Below are positions 37,872 through 51,956 of a stretch of 64,000 bases of DNA, piece after piece. The notes beneath the pieces are model-generated. The model was not told where the DNA came from. It was given only the letters and a program-made list of their open reading frames with translations, and did not search any database. Position 1 is the stretch's first letter, and every line of letters begins with the position of its first letter. The DNA comes from Raja brachyura (lineage: Eukaryota): positions 27,652,001 to 27,716,000 of the forward strand of contig OY740783.1 of NCBI GenBank assembly GCA_963514005.1, written 5' to 3'. Made by a program: the position numbers and the translations under genes.

Positions 37872-40226
37872 TGGCCCTGTCTCATGGTGCGAGTCCACCC
37901 AAGAGTGACCCCAAGTGAAAGAAAAAAAACGGACTCGTGGTTATGCACGAGATTCAAAGTTTATGGTCAAGTGTTTAACCGAGTTCCCACAGGCATGTTA
38001 TTTATGCGATGTTCCAAGGTGCTCTCCCGAGATACCAAGTTCCTCTCCCGTTACACTTGAGCCAACCGTGAGTGAAGATATGTTTTAATAAAGCAGCAAT
38101 GTTAAAGAAAACATCTCCATCCTGCGGCTTTGAGTTAAAGATAGAAATCAGAGCGGCAGCATCTATTAATATGACCTACAGAGGGAAAATGCGCATCAGA
38201 TTGTTGGGAGACGGAGCTCAGGGTTCGCCTCGTGAGCTGCTTTGGTGCCCAGGCATGAGGGAGGTTGGGGAGGGGGGGGGGGGCGTCATTAATCTGTCTG
38301 GGGTGACAAGGCTCTTGGGTTAGGAGTGGTGTGCAAGGGAGTGGTGTGCAAGGGAGGCTTAATTCTCTCCGATCTCTCTGAAGCCCCGGATGAGAACTCA
38401 GCACCCGCTGAGTTTCTCTTAAGGAAGAAGGGTCTCGACCCGAAACGTCGCCTATCTCCTTCGCTCCTTAGATGCTGCTGCACCCGCTGAGTTTCTCCAG
38501 CTTTTTGTATACCCCCGTTGTATATAACTTTGCTGCTGACGCGCACAGGCACTCTCTCTCCCTCTCTCTCTCTCTGCTCTCTCTCACTGCAGTTCAGAGC
38601 CCAACCTCGCCATCCTATAGTGGTAACATTCACATCGGGTCCCCTCCACACCCACACCCCCTCTCTCTGACACACCCCCCCCCCCCCACAAGACAACAGG
38701 CAACTTGAGAGACAGAGAGTTTGTAGGGTGTGGTTTTGTATAAGGATTTATTTTTAAATTATTAGCCAAGGTCGGATTTACTTATTTTAAACGAAGTTTG
38801 GAGTGCTTGACAATACTTTTTTTTGCTCTTTGCGCTCGTTTTCAGAAAGGGTTCAGACCCCGCTTGGCTCGTTGCCCCCTTTGAACCAAGCCCTGCGAGA
38901 GGGAGGGAGGGAGGGAGAAACATAGAAACATAGAAATTAGGTGCAGGAGTAGGCCATTCAGCCCTTCGAGCCTGCACCGCCATTCAATATGATTATGGCT
39001 GATCATCCAACTCAGTATCCAGTACCTGCCTTCTCTCCATACCCTCTGATCCCAATAGCCACAAGGGCCACATCTAACTCCCTCTTAAATATAGCCAATG
39101 AACTGGCCTCAACTACCCTCTGTGGCAGAGAGTTCCAGAGACCCACCACTCTCTGTGTGAAAAAAGTCCTTCTCATCTCGGTCCTAAAGGATTTCCCTCT
39201 TATCCTTAAGCTGTGACCCCTTGTCCTGGACCTCCCGGGAGGGAAGGAAGGTGTGAGTGAACAAGAGCGCCGAGGAGGAGAGGGAAATAGGGGGGGTGGG
39301 GGAGTGGGTGGAGGAGAAATAGGGAAGAAGTAATGTTGTTCAGATCAGAAACCTGTAGGCTGGGAGCCATAATGGTGAAGAGCACACCCAGTTCTTCTGA
39401 AGAGTGCATAAGAGACATCGATCCGAAGCAATGTTCCTCTAGAACTATAACTGAAACCGTGTCCACATCACCCACTCTTAGCCGGACCGCAACACCAAAT
39501 CTACGCGTCAGGAAAATTCAATGTTCATTGATTCACCTCCATGGTTTCTATAGCTAATATTCCAATAAATAACTGCAGTAATCACCCCCCGAAAGGGTAG
39601 GATAGGGCTGGAGCCCAGTGTTTAGACGTTGAAATGTTTTTTTTTATCATTCTAATAGAATGATTTTCCACCTCCTGTGGTAATTAAACTTTTTTTTCAC
39701 TCCTAGTTTTTTAAACATATTTTTAGGATGTTAAATCTGAATAAAATAAACACTTACAAAATGAGTTCATTCATGTATTTTGCTCATGTGACGCAAATAC
39801 ATTATATATAAAATTGTACACATGGGAAAATAAGGCGAAAATGACCAAAAAAACAAAGAATATTTAGTCGAGGGTGAATTAAATTTTGTGATTAAGACAC
39901 GAGTGTGAATGGCAGTGAAATAATTTAAAGAGTTCCCACAGTAGACTCACGAATCACTAAGTTACACGCACGGGCCCTACGTTCTTACAACAAGTCTAAA
40001 TGTGTCAATTTTAAACTTGAACACTAAATTTGACTCATGTAAAAAGTCAAACATGTTTGACTTTTTTCACGAGTTCACAAGTTTCGCGGGTACCTGTCGT
40101 TAGCGCCACGAGTGGACAAGTTGATCGCGCGAGGTCCGACGTTCCCGCTACGTTGGCTGTACGTGATCACCACGAGTGAAAACTCGGGGTCACTCGTGGG
40201 CCAACTCGCACCGTGAGACAGGGGTT
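37872..40226. mobile_element. Non-autonomous TIR DNA transposon, PIF/Harbinger-like
   Basis: ~38-bp imperfect TIRs ccctgtctcatggtgcgagtccacccaagagtgacccc / ggggtcactcgtgggccaactcgcaccgtgagacaggg; TAA on both flanks; no transposase ORF. Confidence 0.7.
38916..39234 (-). mobile_element. CR1 3' fragment nested in the TIR element
   Basis: Colinear with the joined flanks of DIRS copy 2; the site reads tctctggaACTctctgccacag and is empty. Confidence 0.9.
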
Positions 40227-42360
40227 TAAGTGTGCTGAAATACTGTGAATATTAACTGTGCTTACTAACTCATTTCAGAGCACAGTTAAGAGTTGCACTT
40301 AAAAGCTAGACAAAATAAGCAGGACATTGGTAAACCTTTGTGTTTTTAACAATTATCCATGGTTCCATTATTGGACCAGCTCTGGTCTAGGGCACTTACC
40401 TACTTCTCCAACATGTGTTCCTGAATTGCCATGAACTTGGATGGTTCTGATCTTTTTGACCAGGTTTGTTTTCTGGAATTATCATGTACCTTGTGTGGTG
40501 TAGTTAGGTCACATCAACAGGCCAGAAAAAATCCTGCCCATGAAACTGCAAAGTAAACCTTTGACAGATGGCAAAGCCACATGCCCAGCTTTTCCATCTG
40601 CCAAAGCTGTCCTGCCTATGGACTGCTCCTAAATGTCTCTGACACACTAAAAACCTTCTAAATAATCAAAAGTATTTTTGTAGGCATAAATTATAAACAA
40701 AAATGTTAAAGTTTTATGTCTAATTTTCTTCTTCACTGCTATAAAACTTTTATTGAAGAGAAAAAGCTCATGGATCCAATATTTAGTCCAATCCCGAATT
40801 TATGAATTCTAGAAACCCTCTGGGTAAACAAAATTCTCTTTGGCTCAGTCCTACTGATTGACCAGTTATCCTGAGAACATAGCCCTGGGTTCTACACACC
40901 CCAGCCAAAGAAGACAACTTCTCACCATCTGTTCTGTTCATCCCTTGCAGAATTTAAAGCCTCATGACTCATTCTTCCAAACTCCAGTGACTGTAAATTA
41001 ATCCGATTCAAGCACCCTTCACTGAACAACCCACAGGTCTCAGCAATAGATCTTTTGCACCTAATGTCCAAGGTAAGTGTCGGGGGGTTAAACAGCACAC
41101 AGTATTTCACGTGTGTTTTCCCCCAAGCCTAAGATGAATGCAGCAAGATCTATTAGCAAGATAATTATTCAACAGACAAAATTATGGATGGCATCAATGT
41201 TGCATGAGATATACTAACCAATTGTAATCAAACTGATAGGAAAATTATTTTTTAAATATTTAATTAATTTTCTACTTTAGAATTATGAACTGGGATTTGT
41301 GTCCACAATAATCCATTGAACAAACAATACATACAAAGGCTATGTCTTTGCAATCTTCTACTTTAGCAGAGCTCTTTAAGTAGAAATTATTAATCAGCCT
41401 CTATATGTAGTACAAGCAGTTCATCCGGACTGCAGATAATTGAAGAGGAAACGTGTGGGAAGGAACTGCAGGTGCTGGTTTACACCGAAGATAGACACAA
41501 TATGCTGGAGTAACTCAGCGGGATGGGCAGCATCTCTGGTGAGGAGGATTAGGTAATGTTTTGGCTCGAGATCCTTCTTCAGATTCAAACAGGACACTCT
41601 ATTTTATCTTTGCACAACTGTTGCCAAATAGTCATTGCATTTTCCAAATAGAAAATAAAGAGGCAAGAGTGTTTTATTGTCATATTTCCCAGGAAGCATG
41701 AAATTCTTACTTACTGCAGCATTACAGAATATGTAAATGTTGGTTATCCTAAAATTTCCCAAATGTTGGTTATCCTAAAATATCTTAAAATGGTGGTTAT
41801 CCTAAAATTTCTCTTTCTTCAGAATACAAAATGAGAAAATGAATGTGCCTATTTTTATTTGCAGATAATCGCTGGCATTTTTGCAGCAATATTCAGTAAA
41901 CACCTCAAAGTTCCAGTAATTGGGTACTTCATGTTATGAAAGGGGCCAGAAACATTTGAAAATGACACCTTACTTGTAGACTCAGTGGGACAGGCAGCAT
42001 CTCTGGAGAGAAGGAATGGGTGAGAAAAGGTCTTGGCCCGAAATATCACCCATTCCTTCTCTCCAGAAATTCTCTAAAAAGTAATTGTTCTATCTGGGAC
42101 ATATGACAATAAAACACTCTTGACTCTTGATTTTCTATTTGGAAAGTGCAATGACTATTTAGCAACTGTTGTGCAAAGATAAAATAGAGTGTCCTCTTTG
42201 AACACTGCTTGGTTTTAATGAAGTTGATGTTTACCGATGAAAGTTTCAAATTTAAATATTGGTACTTTGAGGCTGACATTATCCAGAGTATACGTACATC
42301 ACAACTTATCTTGTCCTCTTTAAAAATAGTACATTAACCCTGCTAAAAATATAATGAATA

Positions 42361-43447
42361 CTAGACTAAGTGGGACCCGTTGGGTCCCATTCTCACACAA
42401 TATTTGGTTGCGTTGGGGGACCAGGTAGCCAATAGCCCCCAACTGAGCAGGTGCCGCTGACGGGCTCGTTGTGATGCTCTTGATCACTCACTCACTCAGC
42501 ATGGCTTGCGGGCTGACTCTCTCACTGAGCATGGCTTTCGGGCTCACTCACTCACTCACTCAGCACGGCTTGCGGGCTCACTCACTCAGCACAACAGAAT
42601 ATGTAAATGTTGGTTATCCTAAAATATCCTAAAATGTTGGTTATCCTAAAATTTATCTTTCTTCAGAATACAGAATGAGAAAATTATCATGCCTATTTTT
42701 ATTTGCAGATAATCTGCAATATTCAGTAAACTCAACTCAAAGTTCCAGTAATTGGGTACTTCATGTTATAAAAGGGGCCAGAAATATTTGAAAATTACAC
42801 CTTACTTTTAGACCCCAGTGGGACAGGCAGCATGTCTGGAGAGATCAGCACGGCTCACTCAGCATGACTTGCGGGCTCAGTCAGCACGGCTTGTGGACTC
42901 ACTCACTCAGCACAGCTTGCGGGCTCACTCAGCACGGCTTGTTAACTCACTCAGCATGGCTTGCGGACTCATTCAGCACGGCTTCTTGACTCACTCAGCA
43001 CGGCTTGTGGACAATCAACCCGGGCTTGTGGACTCAAACAGCATGGCTTGCGGACTCATTCAGCACAGCTTGCGGACTCATTCAGCACGGCTTGTGGATT
43101 CAATCAGCGTGGATTGGGGAATGACTCAGCGCAGCTCACGGACCCAGCCCTGCCTCTGGGGTTTAATCTCCTCACCCAGATGATTGACAGCCGGTGCCGG
43201 AAGGAGCTTTACATTCATGGTGACTGACAGGGGAGAAGACCAATCTGCTGATCACATGACATTTTAAACCTTCATAACTTTTGTAATATTCGACCGATCG
43301 GAACAAAACTTCTTGCGCTTGGAGCAGAGGAGAATGGTGAGTAAGGTGGTGAAAAAATCCTAGTGATATATGGTACAATTTTTGCACATATTTAAAAACA
43401 ATGCAAACCGGAAGAGGACAAGATGAGAGATTTTGTAATAGTATAGA
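42361..43447 (-). mobile_element. Non-autonomous Helitron
   Basis: The - strand begins TCTATACTATTAC and ends gggacccAACgggtcccacttagtCTAG (subterminal hairpin + CTAG); inserted between A and T with no TSD; internal minisatellite. Confidence 0.88.
42485..43140 (+). repeat. Minisatellite (ctcactcagcacggcttgcggg-type, ~22-26 bp units) inside the Helitron
   Basis: Many degenerate tandem units, interrupted at 42587-42844. Confidence 0.85.
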
Positions 43448-44609
43448 TAGGAAAAAGTACAAAGCACCAGAAATCTAAATTAAAAAAAAAGTGTGCTGAC
43501 AATATAAACAAAGTAATATAAATGATAATCTGTTCCAAAAAACAACTAATAGGAATATGATCCTCGTTCAGTCATGTAATTGCTTTCAGGCGCATTATTA
43601 GAACGTTTCAAATCGCTGTCATCCTTTCTAAGTTAGTTTCTCTGCTCAAGCATACCTGACACAGGAAAAATAATACAACAGTACACTAGAAGAACAGGCT
43701 CTTCGGCCCACAATGTCTGTGCCCAACATGATGCTAAGTCCAACTCTTATCTGTGTGAACATAGTCCACATCCCTCCATTCACTACATGCCCATGTGCCT
43801 ATCCAAAGGTCTCCTAAATGCCACTGTTGTATCTGCCTCATCTTCTCCGCAGCAGATGTTGGTATTGAATTGATTGGATAGATGATAAAATTTGCAACCA
43901 TTATCCGAAAACAAAAGAAATCCCTCATGCTTCAGTTGGAACTCCTCATCAAGGCAAAAATAAAAAGTTATTTTAATTGTTCATTCAGTACACGGATTGA
44001 TTAAAGACCAATACTAAAAAAAGTGGAAATTATTAAAAGCGAATTATAATTGCACATCTGAATGTTAAGATATTAGAGAAGGGTTAAAATAAATAATGTA
44101 AAAATAAAACAATGCAAATTGAAGTACACTTTTGCAGTATTTTGACCAAAGCTGGTCAAAGCTTTTGTAGAGCAGGTTCGCCACTCAAAGTTTCTCAGCA
44201 CAGAACTATGTGAGGCAGAATTTTTCTTTTTGCATCTTGTAAAGTAGGCGGCAATGAGTCAACCACCTGATTTCCAAACAATGTTCTATGTCTCTATTGC
44301 AAAATTGAAGTACAGTCTCTATTGTATGAATGGAAAATGTTAGTGCTTTCTTGATAGTAATGAAATAAGAAACTTTGGCACAGAATATCCCAGGACAGAT
44401 TTTAATTCATTAATTTGAAAACCAATTTGGACTATTTGACCATTCCTGACTTTTGTTGGTTCGCTAGACTACCGTAATACAATGAATACATTTCAGTATG
44501 CTAAGATTAACAAGGATGAATGAATTCATGAAAAAAATAAGCAAGATTATAACAATTGATTTGATAATAATTATTCCTCTGACTCAAGTATCCAGACCAT
44601 GGACACAAT

Positions 44610-45130
44610 TGTTTGGAGTATTGTATGGAGTTCTGGTCACCCCATTACAGAAAGGATGTGGAAGCTTTCGAAAGGGTGCAGAGCAGGTTTACCAGAAGGA
44701 TGCGTGGATTAGAGGGTCTTAACTATAGGGAGAGGTTGGACAGATTTGGATTGTTTTCTCTGGAAAGCCAGATGTTATTTTTATATTTATGCCTCACATA
44801 ATTTTATATAGTTTTATTTATAGAAGTCTCTAAACTTTTGAGAGACTTAAATAGGGTAGACAGTTAAAACCTATTTCCGAGGATGGAATATCATATACTA
44901 GAGGGCATAGCTTTAAGGTGAGAGGGGCAAAGTTTAAAGGAGGTGTGCAAGGCAACTTTTTTACACGATGAATGCACTGCCAGGAGTGGTGGTGGAGGCA
45001 GATACGATAGTGGCATTTAAGAAACTTTTGGACAAGCCCATGCTTATGCAGAGAATGGAGAGATATGGATTATGTGCAGGCAGATGAGGGCTGGCCTTGG
45101 CATTATGTTCGGCACAGACACTGTACGCCA
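44610..45130 (+). mobile_element. Old CR1 3' fragment
   Basis: EYCMEFWSPHYRKDVEAFERVQSRFTRRMRGLEGLNYRERLDRFGLFSLE. Confidence 0.8.
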
Positions 45131-47857
45131 AAGAGCCTAATCTTCTCTTCCATGAATATAATCTGTCCAGCTTGCACTCCACTCGAATGTTAACGTCTGT
45201 TTTCATAGCAAATAAACATTATGCTTGATTAGTATTGGTACATTGATATATAAAAGGAAAATATTCTAAAAATGCTTGTCTTCATCGTGGCCAGACATCA
45301 ATGGAATAATTATCTAGTCTGAGTTTAGTTTATTGTCACGTGTACCGAGGTACAGTGAAAAGCTTTTGTTGCGTGCTAACCAGTCAGCGGAAAGACAATA
45401 CATGATTGCAATCGAGCAGAGCACAGTGTGTGGATACATTATAAAGGGAATAATGTGAATAATGTTTAGTGCAAGATAAAGCTAGTAAAGTCCATTTAAG
45501 GATAGTCCAAGGGTCTTCAATGAGGTAGATAGTAGTTCAGGACTCCTCTCTAGTTGTTGTTAGGATGGTTTAGTTGCCTAATAACAGCATATGTTGTATA
45601 TGTTGTCATATTGCTTGTAGGACCTTGCTATGTACAAACTGTTGCCCCTGCTACTTACAATAAAACCATTGACCTCACACATAAGGCACAGTCAGGCACT
45701 GCAGTGGAACCTCATGAGATTGTGCAAGATGCTTGTCTTCGTCTTGGCCAGACATCTTAGGCAGTCCCTTGGGATCGACAATAACTTGCTTCCATTCCGA
45801 TTCTCTGGATTGCCTTTGCATGATTCCCTTACGCATAGTGGCCATTGTGACAGACTATATAAATGCAGTATTTTTAATCTGATCACTATCAAATCAATGT
45901 GTCTATAATTATTTGCTGGTGGACATTAAACTAGCCAGGACGTAGAGTCACCTTAAGATCAAATTCAACCACTGTCAACTATAATTTATAAAATAGATGT
46001 TAATGTATTTATAATATACTCAACCTCTTCCCCACTTAATAAAACATCAAGAACTTGCATTAATCCCTAAAGTATTCCAATGCCAAGAGAAGGTTATATG
46101 ATGGAAATTTTTGCAAGAACAGCTCAATCATTTACACAGGTAGAGGTTCTCTTTAGTATTTAAAAGTTCAGAATAGTAGTATTGAAACATGAGTCATTCA
46201 GACATTATTGAACAAGTACTCTGTCTTAAGTCCTTGGCAGCTACAATGTCCTCTTGATCCCATTCAAAAAGGACGTACAAACATGTCAGTTCCTTTATAC
46301 TTTTATTAACGGCTTCTGGACTAGCATTTAAATGCCCTTACTTGACCAGTGGGGATAATATTGAAAATGTATGTTACGTGTTTATCAGCTTGAAATAAAT
46401 ACTGCTAGTGCAATAATTATGAAGAAGAGTAAATCACAATATCCCAATCAAACAAACATTCTTGACTTCTCCACAATTCAACAAACTCCATGTACATAGC
46501 AGGGGAATTAAGAATCGAAGGTAATTTGCCTTCAACATGTGTTACGGTATCATTAATAATCATGACTGCAATAAATAACAACAATGGAATTTGTTCCTAA
46601 GAGATATACGACTGTAAATTGCAGCCACAAATCAGCAAGTACATGGAAGAGTCATTACTCCAGTGTATACAGAACTGATTTAACACCATTTTACTATAGT
46701 CTTCTTTGGGTAGTTCACCCTAATTAGCTTTGTGCATACCTTAGGGATCACCAGTATAAAGTTTGACATTGAAGCCTGACTCAGATAATATAAGCAAATG
46801 GGAGAATTTTTATAGTATATTTGTAATTGTGAAGTACACATTTAGGCAGAAACATTATTTTGTGCCATATAATAAAAACAAATTCAAATTTCCATTTGTC
46901 ATAGAATTAGATTTTATATTTTAAGATTAATTTCATACCATGTATTCATTGTTGGTCATTTTAATCTCATGAATCACAATCAATTCATGCAAATAAGGTC
47001 AAACATTAAACATTATTTTGCTTCATTTACAATTTCTTAGTAGACCAAACAATCCCTCTTCTCATTGTGCTCATCGCCTTTATTGAATTAGATGCCCTCA
47101 GATAAATGTTTTTCTATCTTTCCTCCATCCCTTACTAACTGGAGTTTTATATCTTTGAATGTAAGGGAAATGTGGTCAATGTCACAGAAGAAACAAAATT
47201 AGGTATCGTTAAAGGTTCACCACTGATGGAGTTTTAAATAAAGTTGCCTTAATATTTTACATGAATTATCGTTGAGTGAGCATGAGTTCATTCCACAGCA
47301 GATAGACACAGTCTTCTTTGTTTGCTCCCAGTGAATAATATCTTCCCTTCAATCGCATCTTTTAAAAATAACACAAATTTAGTAGTAGTCTTTGTGAAGG
47401 GTTTGGGCAAATAGTGCTGCAAATCTGTAGTGCTTCAGCCTCAAATCTTTGCCAGAAAGTAAGGTAGAAATATGCCCTTAAAACAAAAAATTACAAATAA
47501 TTTACAATTTTGCTTCAATCAAGTAAACCATACAGCTTACAATAAATTTAATGTCTGAATCCTCACTGCAAAAAGACACTTCAGTCAGCCTGTCTGTGTA
47601 ATTGTAATAAGATGCGCTGAATAACAATGCAACAGTGAGTCATGACTGTCAGAAACTGATTTCCCAATCCAATCAACAAGAGGAAGAGAGGGTAAATTGG
47701 ACTGTGTAACTGCACACCTTCAAGAAAAGCACAACAAGCAACATCAGCCTTGGATTTATTGTCCTTAAACAAAAATGTTCAACTCTGAGATGACTGAGAA
47801 TTTCAGGAATTCTCCTCTATTCTACATTTGCCAGATGATAAATGCAAACAATAGTTG

Positions 47858-48345
47858 TCTATGGAAAGGGTGCAGAGGAGGTTTGAAAGAATGATGCCTG
47901 GATTAGGTGGTATTAGTTACAGGGAGAAGTCAGACAGATCTAGATTGTTTTCTCTGGAACTGAGGAGGTTGCAGGGAGATCTGCGAGAAGGATACAAAAG
48001 TGAGAGAGGCATAGGTAGGTTAAACACCTATTACCCAGGATGGAAGTATTCAATACTAAAGGGCATAGCATTAAGGTGATAGGGATGAAGTTTAAAGGAC
48101 ATGCACGGAGCAGGTTTTTTCACACAGTCTGTAGTGAGTGCCTGGAATGCGCTGCTGGGGATGGTGGTGGAGGCACATACGATTGTGGCATTTAAGAGCC
48201 GTTTGGTTAGGCACATGGATGTGCAGGGAATGGAGGAATATGGATTAAATGCAGTCAGGTAAGGGTTAGTCTTAGCAACATGTTCAGCACAAACATTGTG
48301 GGCTGAAGGGCCTGTCCTTGTGTTGTCCTATTCGATGTTTTATGT
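47858..48345 (+). mobile_element. Old CR1 3' fragment
   Basis: MERVQRRFERMMPGLGGISYREKSDRSRLFSLELRRLQGDL. Confidence 0.8.
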
Positions 48346-49476
48346 TCTAATTGCAACCAATGGACTCTCGACAGATCCAATCCCACAGTAGACTGCAATT
48401 GAGCAAAGCTGTGTAATTTAACCAACTCTATTCTTAACACGCTATAACAGGATTCCAATTTATTTCAAACAGGTTTCACGCTGGATTGGAGTTTGTCAGC
48501 AGGTTTACAGGGAAACCTCTGTTATCTCCGCTCCAGAACCAAGGTTACTCCAAAGTCAGCCCACTGGTTGCGCTGCACATGTAGATAATGAGTTCCAAAC
48601 TAACATTGGCTTGTTCAATAGACTGCACCGGAGAACAGGTTTGCACAGTATATTTATAAGCAGAAGCTTTTTCTAAATTGGTTCTGCTGCAATTAATGTC
48701 TATGACATGACTCTGGAAAATGTAAATCATCTCAGGAACCCTCTCTCAGCGAAGGCTTTTGATGTTGCAAATATCTATAAACATTGTGTCTTAATTCTCT
48801 TCAGAATTATTGAACAATTCCCACGCTGGGTTGGTGAAGGTGTTTGTAACACCAAAATTGATCTTTCACAGTGTTTTCCTGAATATTTATGCAGATTGAA
48901 TCCCATTTGTTTCAAACTAAACAACAGCATAGCAGGCCACAATAGCAAGCAACAGATCCTTATTTCTGTTGAATAGAAAGTACAACATAGTTTCCTCAGC
49001 CGACTCGGATTGTATGGCTGAGCTCAACGGTCGTTTAGCACATACAGTTATAGCATCGTAGATTTGAACAGCACAGAAATGGGCTCTTCCTCCTACCATA
49101 CTCTTCCTAATATTATTTTTTCTAATCTACATTAATCCCTTTTGCCAGCGTTAACACCTTATCCTTCTATGCCTGACCCATAGACCAAAATCAGTGAGGA
49201 TAGGCGACAAAAGATCCTCTGCAATAATTATCAACACCAGCCCTTTGCAAATTTACGTTCATAGCTCCTTATTATACTCTTTATATATTCACGACCATGC
49301 AGCCAACTCCTGCTCCAACTCCATTTAGAAGTTTGCAGATGAAACAACAGTAATGGCCAGATCTCAAACCATTAACGATACAGTGTAGAGGAAGAAGATA
49401 TAGAACTTAGTAACATGATGTCAAGATAACAACCTCTCCCTCAATGTAGCAAAATTAATGAGTAGTTATTGACTTT

Positions 49477-51395
49477 AACCATATAACCATATAACCATAT
49501 AACAATTACAGCACGGAAACAGGCCATCTCGGCCCTTCAAGTCCATGCCGAACAACTTTTTTCCCTTAGTCCCACCTGCCTGCACTCATACCATAACCCT
49601 CCATACCCTTCTCATCCATATGCCTATCCAATTTATTTTTAAATGATACCAACGAACCTGCCGCCACCACTTCCACTGGAAGCTCATTCCACACCGCTAC
49701 CACTCTCTGAGTAAAGAAGTTCCCCCTCATGTTACCCCTAAACCTCTGTCCCTTAATTCTAAAGTCATGTCCTCGTGTTTGAATCCTCCCTACTCTCAAA
49801 GGGAAAAGCTTGTCCACATTAACTCTGTCTATCCCTCTCATCATTTTAAAGACCTCTATCAAGTCCCCCCTTAACCTTCTGCGCTCCAGAGAATAAAGAC
49901 CTAACTTATTTAACCTATCTCTGTAACTTAGCTGTTGAAACCCAGGCAACATTCTAATAAATCTCCTCTGTACCCTCTCTATTTTGTTGACATCCTTCCT
50001 ATAATTGGGCGACCAAAATTGTACACCATACTCCAGATTTGGTTTCACCAACGCCTTGTACAATTTTAACAATACATCCCAGCTTCTATACTCAATGCTC
50101 TGATTTATAAAGGCTAGCATACCAAAAGCTTTCTTTACCACCCTATCTATATGAGATTCCACCTTCAAGGAACTATGCACGGTTATTCCCAGATCCCTCT
50201 GTTCAACTGTATTCTTCAATTCCCTACCGTTTACCATGTACGTCCTATTTTGATTTGTCCTGCCAAGGTGTAGCACCTCACATTTATTAGCATTAAACTC
50301 CATCTGCCATCTTTCAGCCCATTTTTCCAACTGGCCTAAATCACTCTGTAGACTTTGGAAATCCTCTTCATTATCCACAACACCCCCTATCTTGGTATCA
50401 TCTGCATACTTACTAATCCAATTTACCACCCCTTCATCCAGATCATTGATGTACATGACAAACAACAAAGGACCCAACACAGATCCCTGAGGCACCCCAC
50501 TAGTCACCTGCCTCCAACCCGACAAACAGCCATCCACCATTACCCTCTGGCTTCTCCCATTCAGCCACTGTTGAATCCATCTTGCTATTCCTGCATTTAT
50601 ACCCAACAGTTGAACCTTCTTAACCAACCTTCCATGAGGAACCTTGTCAAAGGCCTTACTGAAGTCCATATAGACAACATCCACTGCTTTACCCTCGTCA
50701 ATTTCCCTAGTAACCTCTTCAAAAAATTAAAGAAGATTAGTCAAACATGACCTTCCAGGCATAAATCCATGTTGACTGTTCCTAATTAGACCCTCTTTAT
50801 CCAGATACTTATATATATTATCTCTAAGTATCTTTTCCATTAATTTGCCCACTACTGAAGTCAAACTAACCGGTCTATAATTGCTAGGTTTACCTTTAGA
50901 ACCCTTTTTAAACAATGGAACAACATGCGCAGTACGCCAATCCTCGGGGACTATTCCCGTTTCTAATGACATTTGAAATATTTCTGTCATAGCCCCGGCT
51001 ATTTCTACACTAACTTCCCTCAATGTCCTAGGGAATATCCTGTCAGGACCTGGAGACTTATCCACTTTTATATTTTTCAAAAGTGCCATTACTTCTTTTA
51101 CTTTGAAACTCATAGTATCCATAGCTACTCTACTAGTTTCCCTTACCTCACATAATTCAATATCCTTCTCCTTGGTGAATACCGAAGAAAAGAAATTGTT
51201 CAATATCTCCCCCATCTCTTTTGGCTCTGCAGATAGCTGTCCACTCGGTCTCTCCAATGGACCAATTTTATCCCTTGTTATCCTTTTGCTATTAATATAG
51301 CTGTAGAAACCCTTTGGATTTACTTTCACCTTACTTGCCAAAGCAACCTCATATCTTCTTTTAGCTTTTCTAATTTCTTTCTTAAGATTCTTTAG
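49477..51395 (-). mobile_element. Young 5'-truncated HER1/CR1 LINE inserted in a Rex/Babar fragment
   Basis: ORF2 remnants 50727-51431 and 49566-50684; (AACCATAT)n tail at 49477-49502; Rex-like sequence on both sides (49180-49476, 51425-51905). Confidence 0.95.
49566..51395 (-). pseudogene. CR1 ORF2 reverse transcriptase (one frameshift near 50725)
   Basis: KSPGPD, NYRPVSLTS, QHGF, YMDFSKAFDKV, SGVPQGSVLGPLLF, KYADD. Confidence 0.93.
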
Positions 51396-51956
51396 AAGGC
51401 GAGTTCTTTTAGAAAGCGAGATGGAGTACATGACCCAATCAGCATCAACGGTGCTGAAGTGGAGATAGTTGAGAGCTCCGGGTTCCTAGGTTTAAATATC
51501 GCCAGCAATTTGTCCTGCGCCAACCACTTTGAAGCCACAGTCAAAAAAACACGCTAATGTCTCTACTTCCTTAGAGGATTAAGGAAATCGTCATGCGTCC
51601 AATGAGTCTACAGATGCACCATTGAAAGCATCCTATTAGGATTGAAGAGATTGTGGATGTAACCCAGTCAATCACAAAGACAGACTTCCAAACAACGTAA
51701 TTGTGGAACTTGGACATTGTCTGTAACTGTAATGCTATACAGCTGTAATATTATATTCTGCATTGTGTTCATTTTTTCATTGTACTATCTCTGGTACTAG
51801 TGCATGATTCGTTTGTACTCATGTATAGTATGATTTGACTGGATAGCATGCAAACAAAGCTTTTCAGTGTATCTCATTACACATGACAGTAATAAACCTG
51901 TACCAGTATTTAAGCAACTCAGTGGGTCAGGCACCATCCCTGGAGAATATGGATAG

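Noticed and set aside
42485-43140. CRISPR-like appearance of the repeated ~22-26-bp units
   Set aside because: Units are directly tandem and degenerate, with no unique spacers and no cas genes; this is a Helitron minisatellite in a eukaryotic context.
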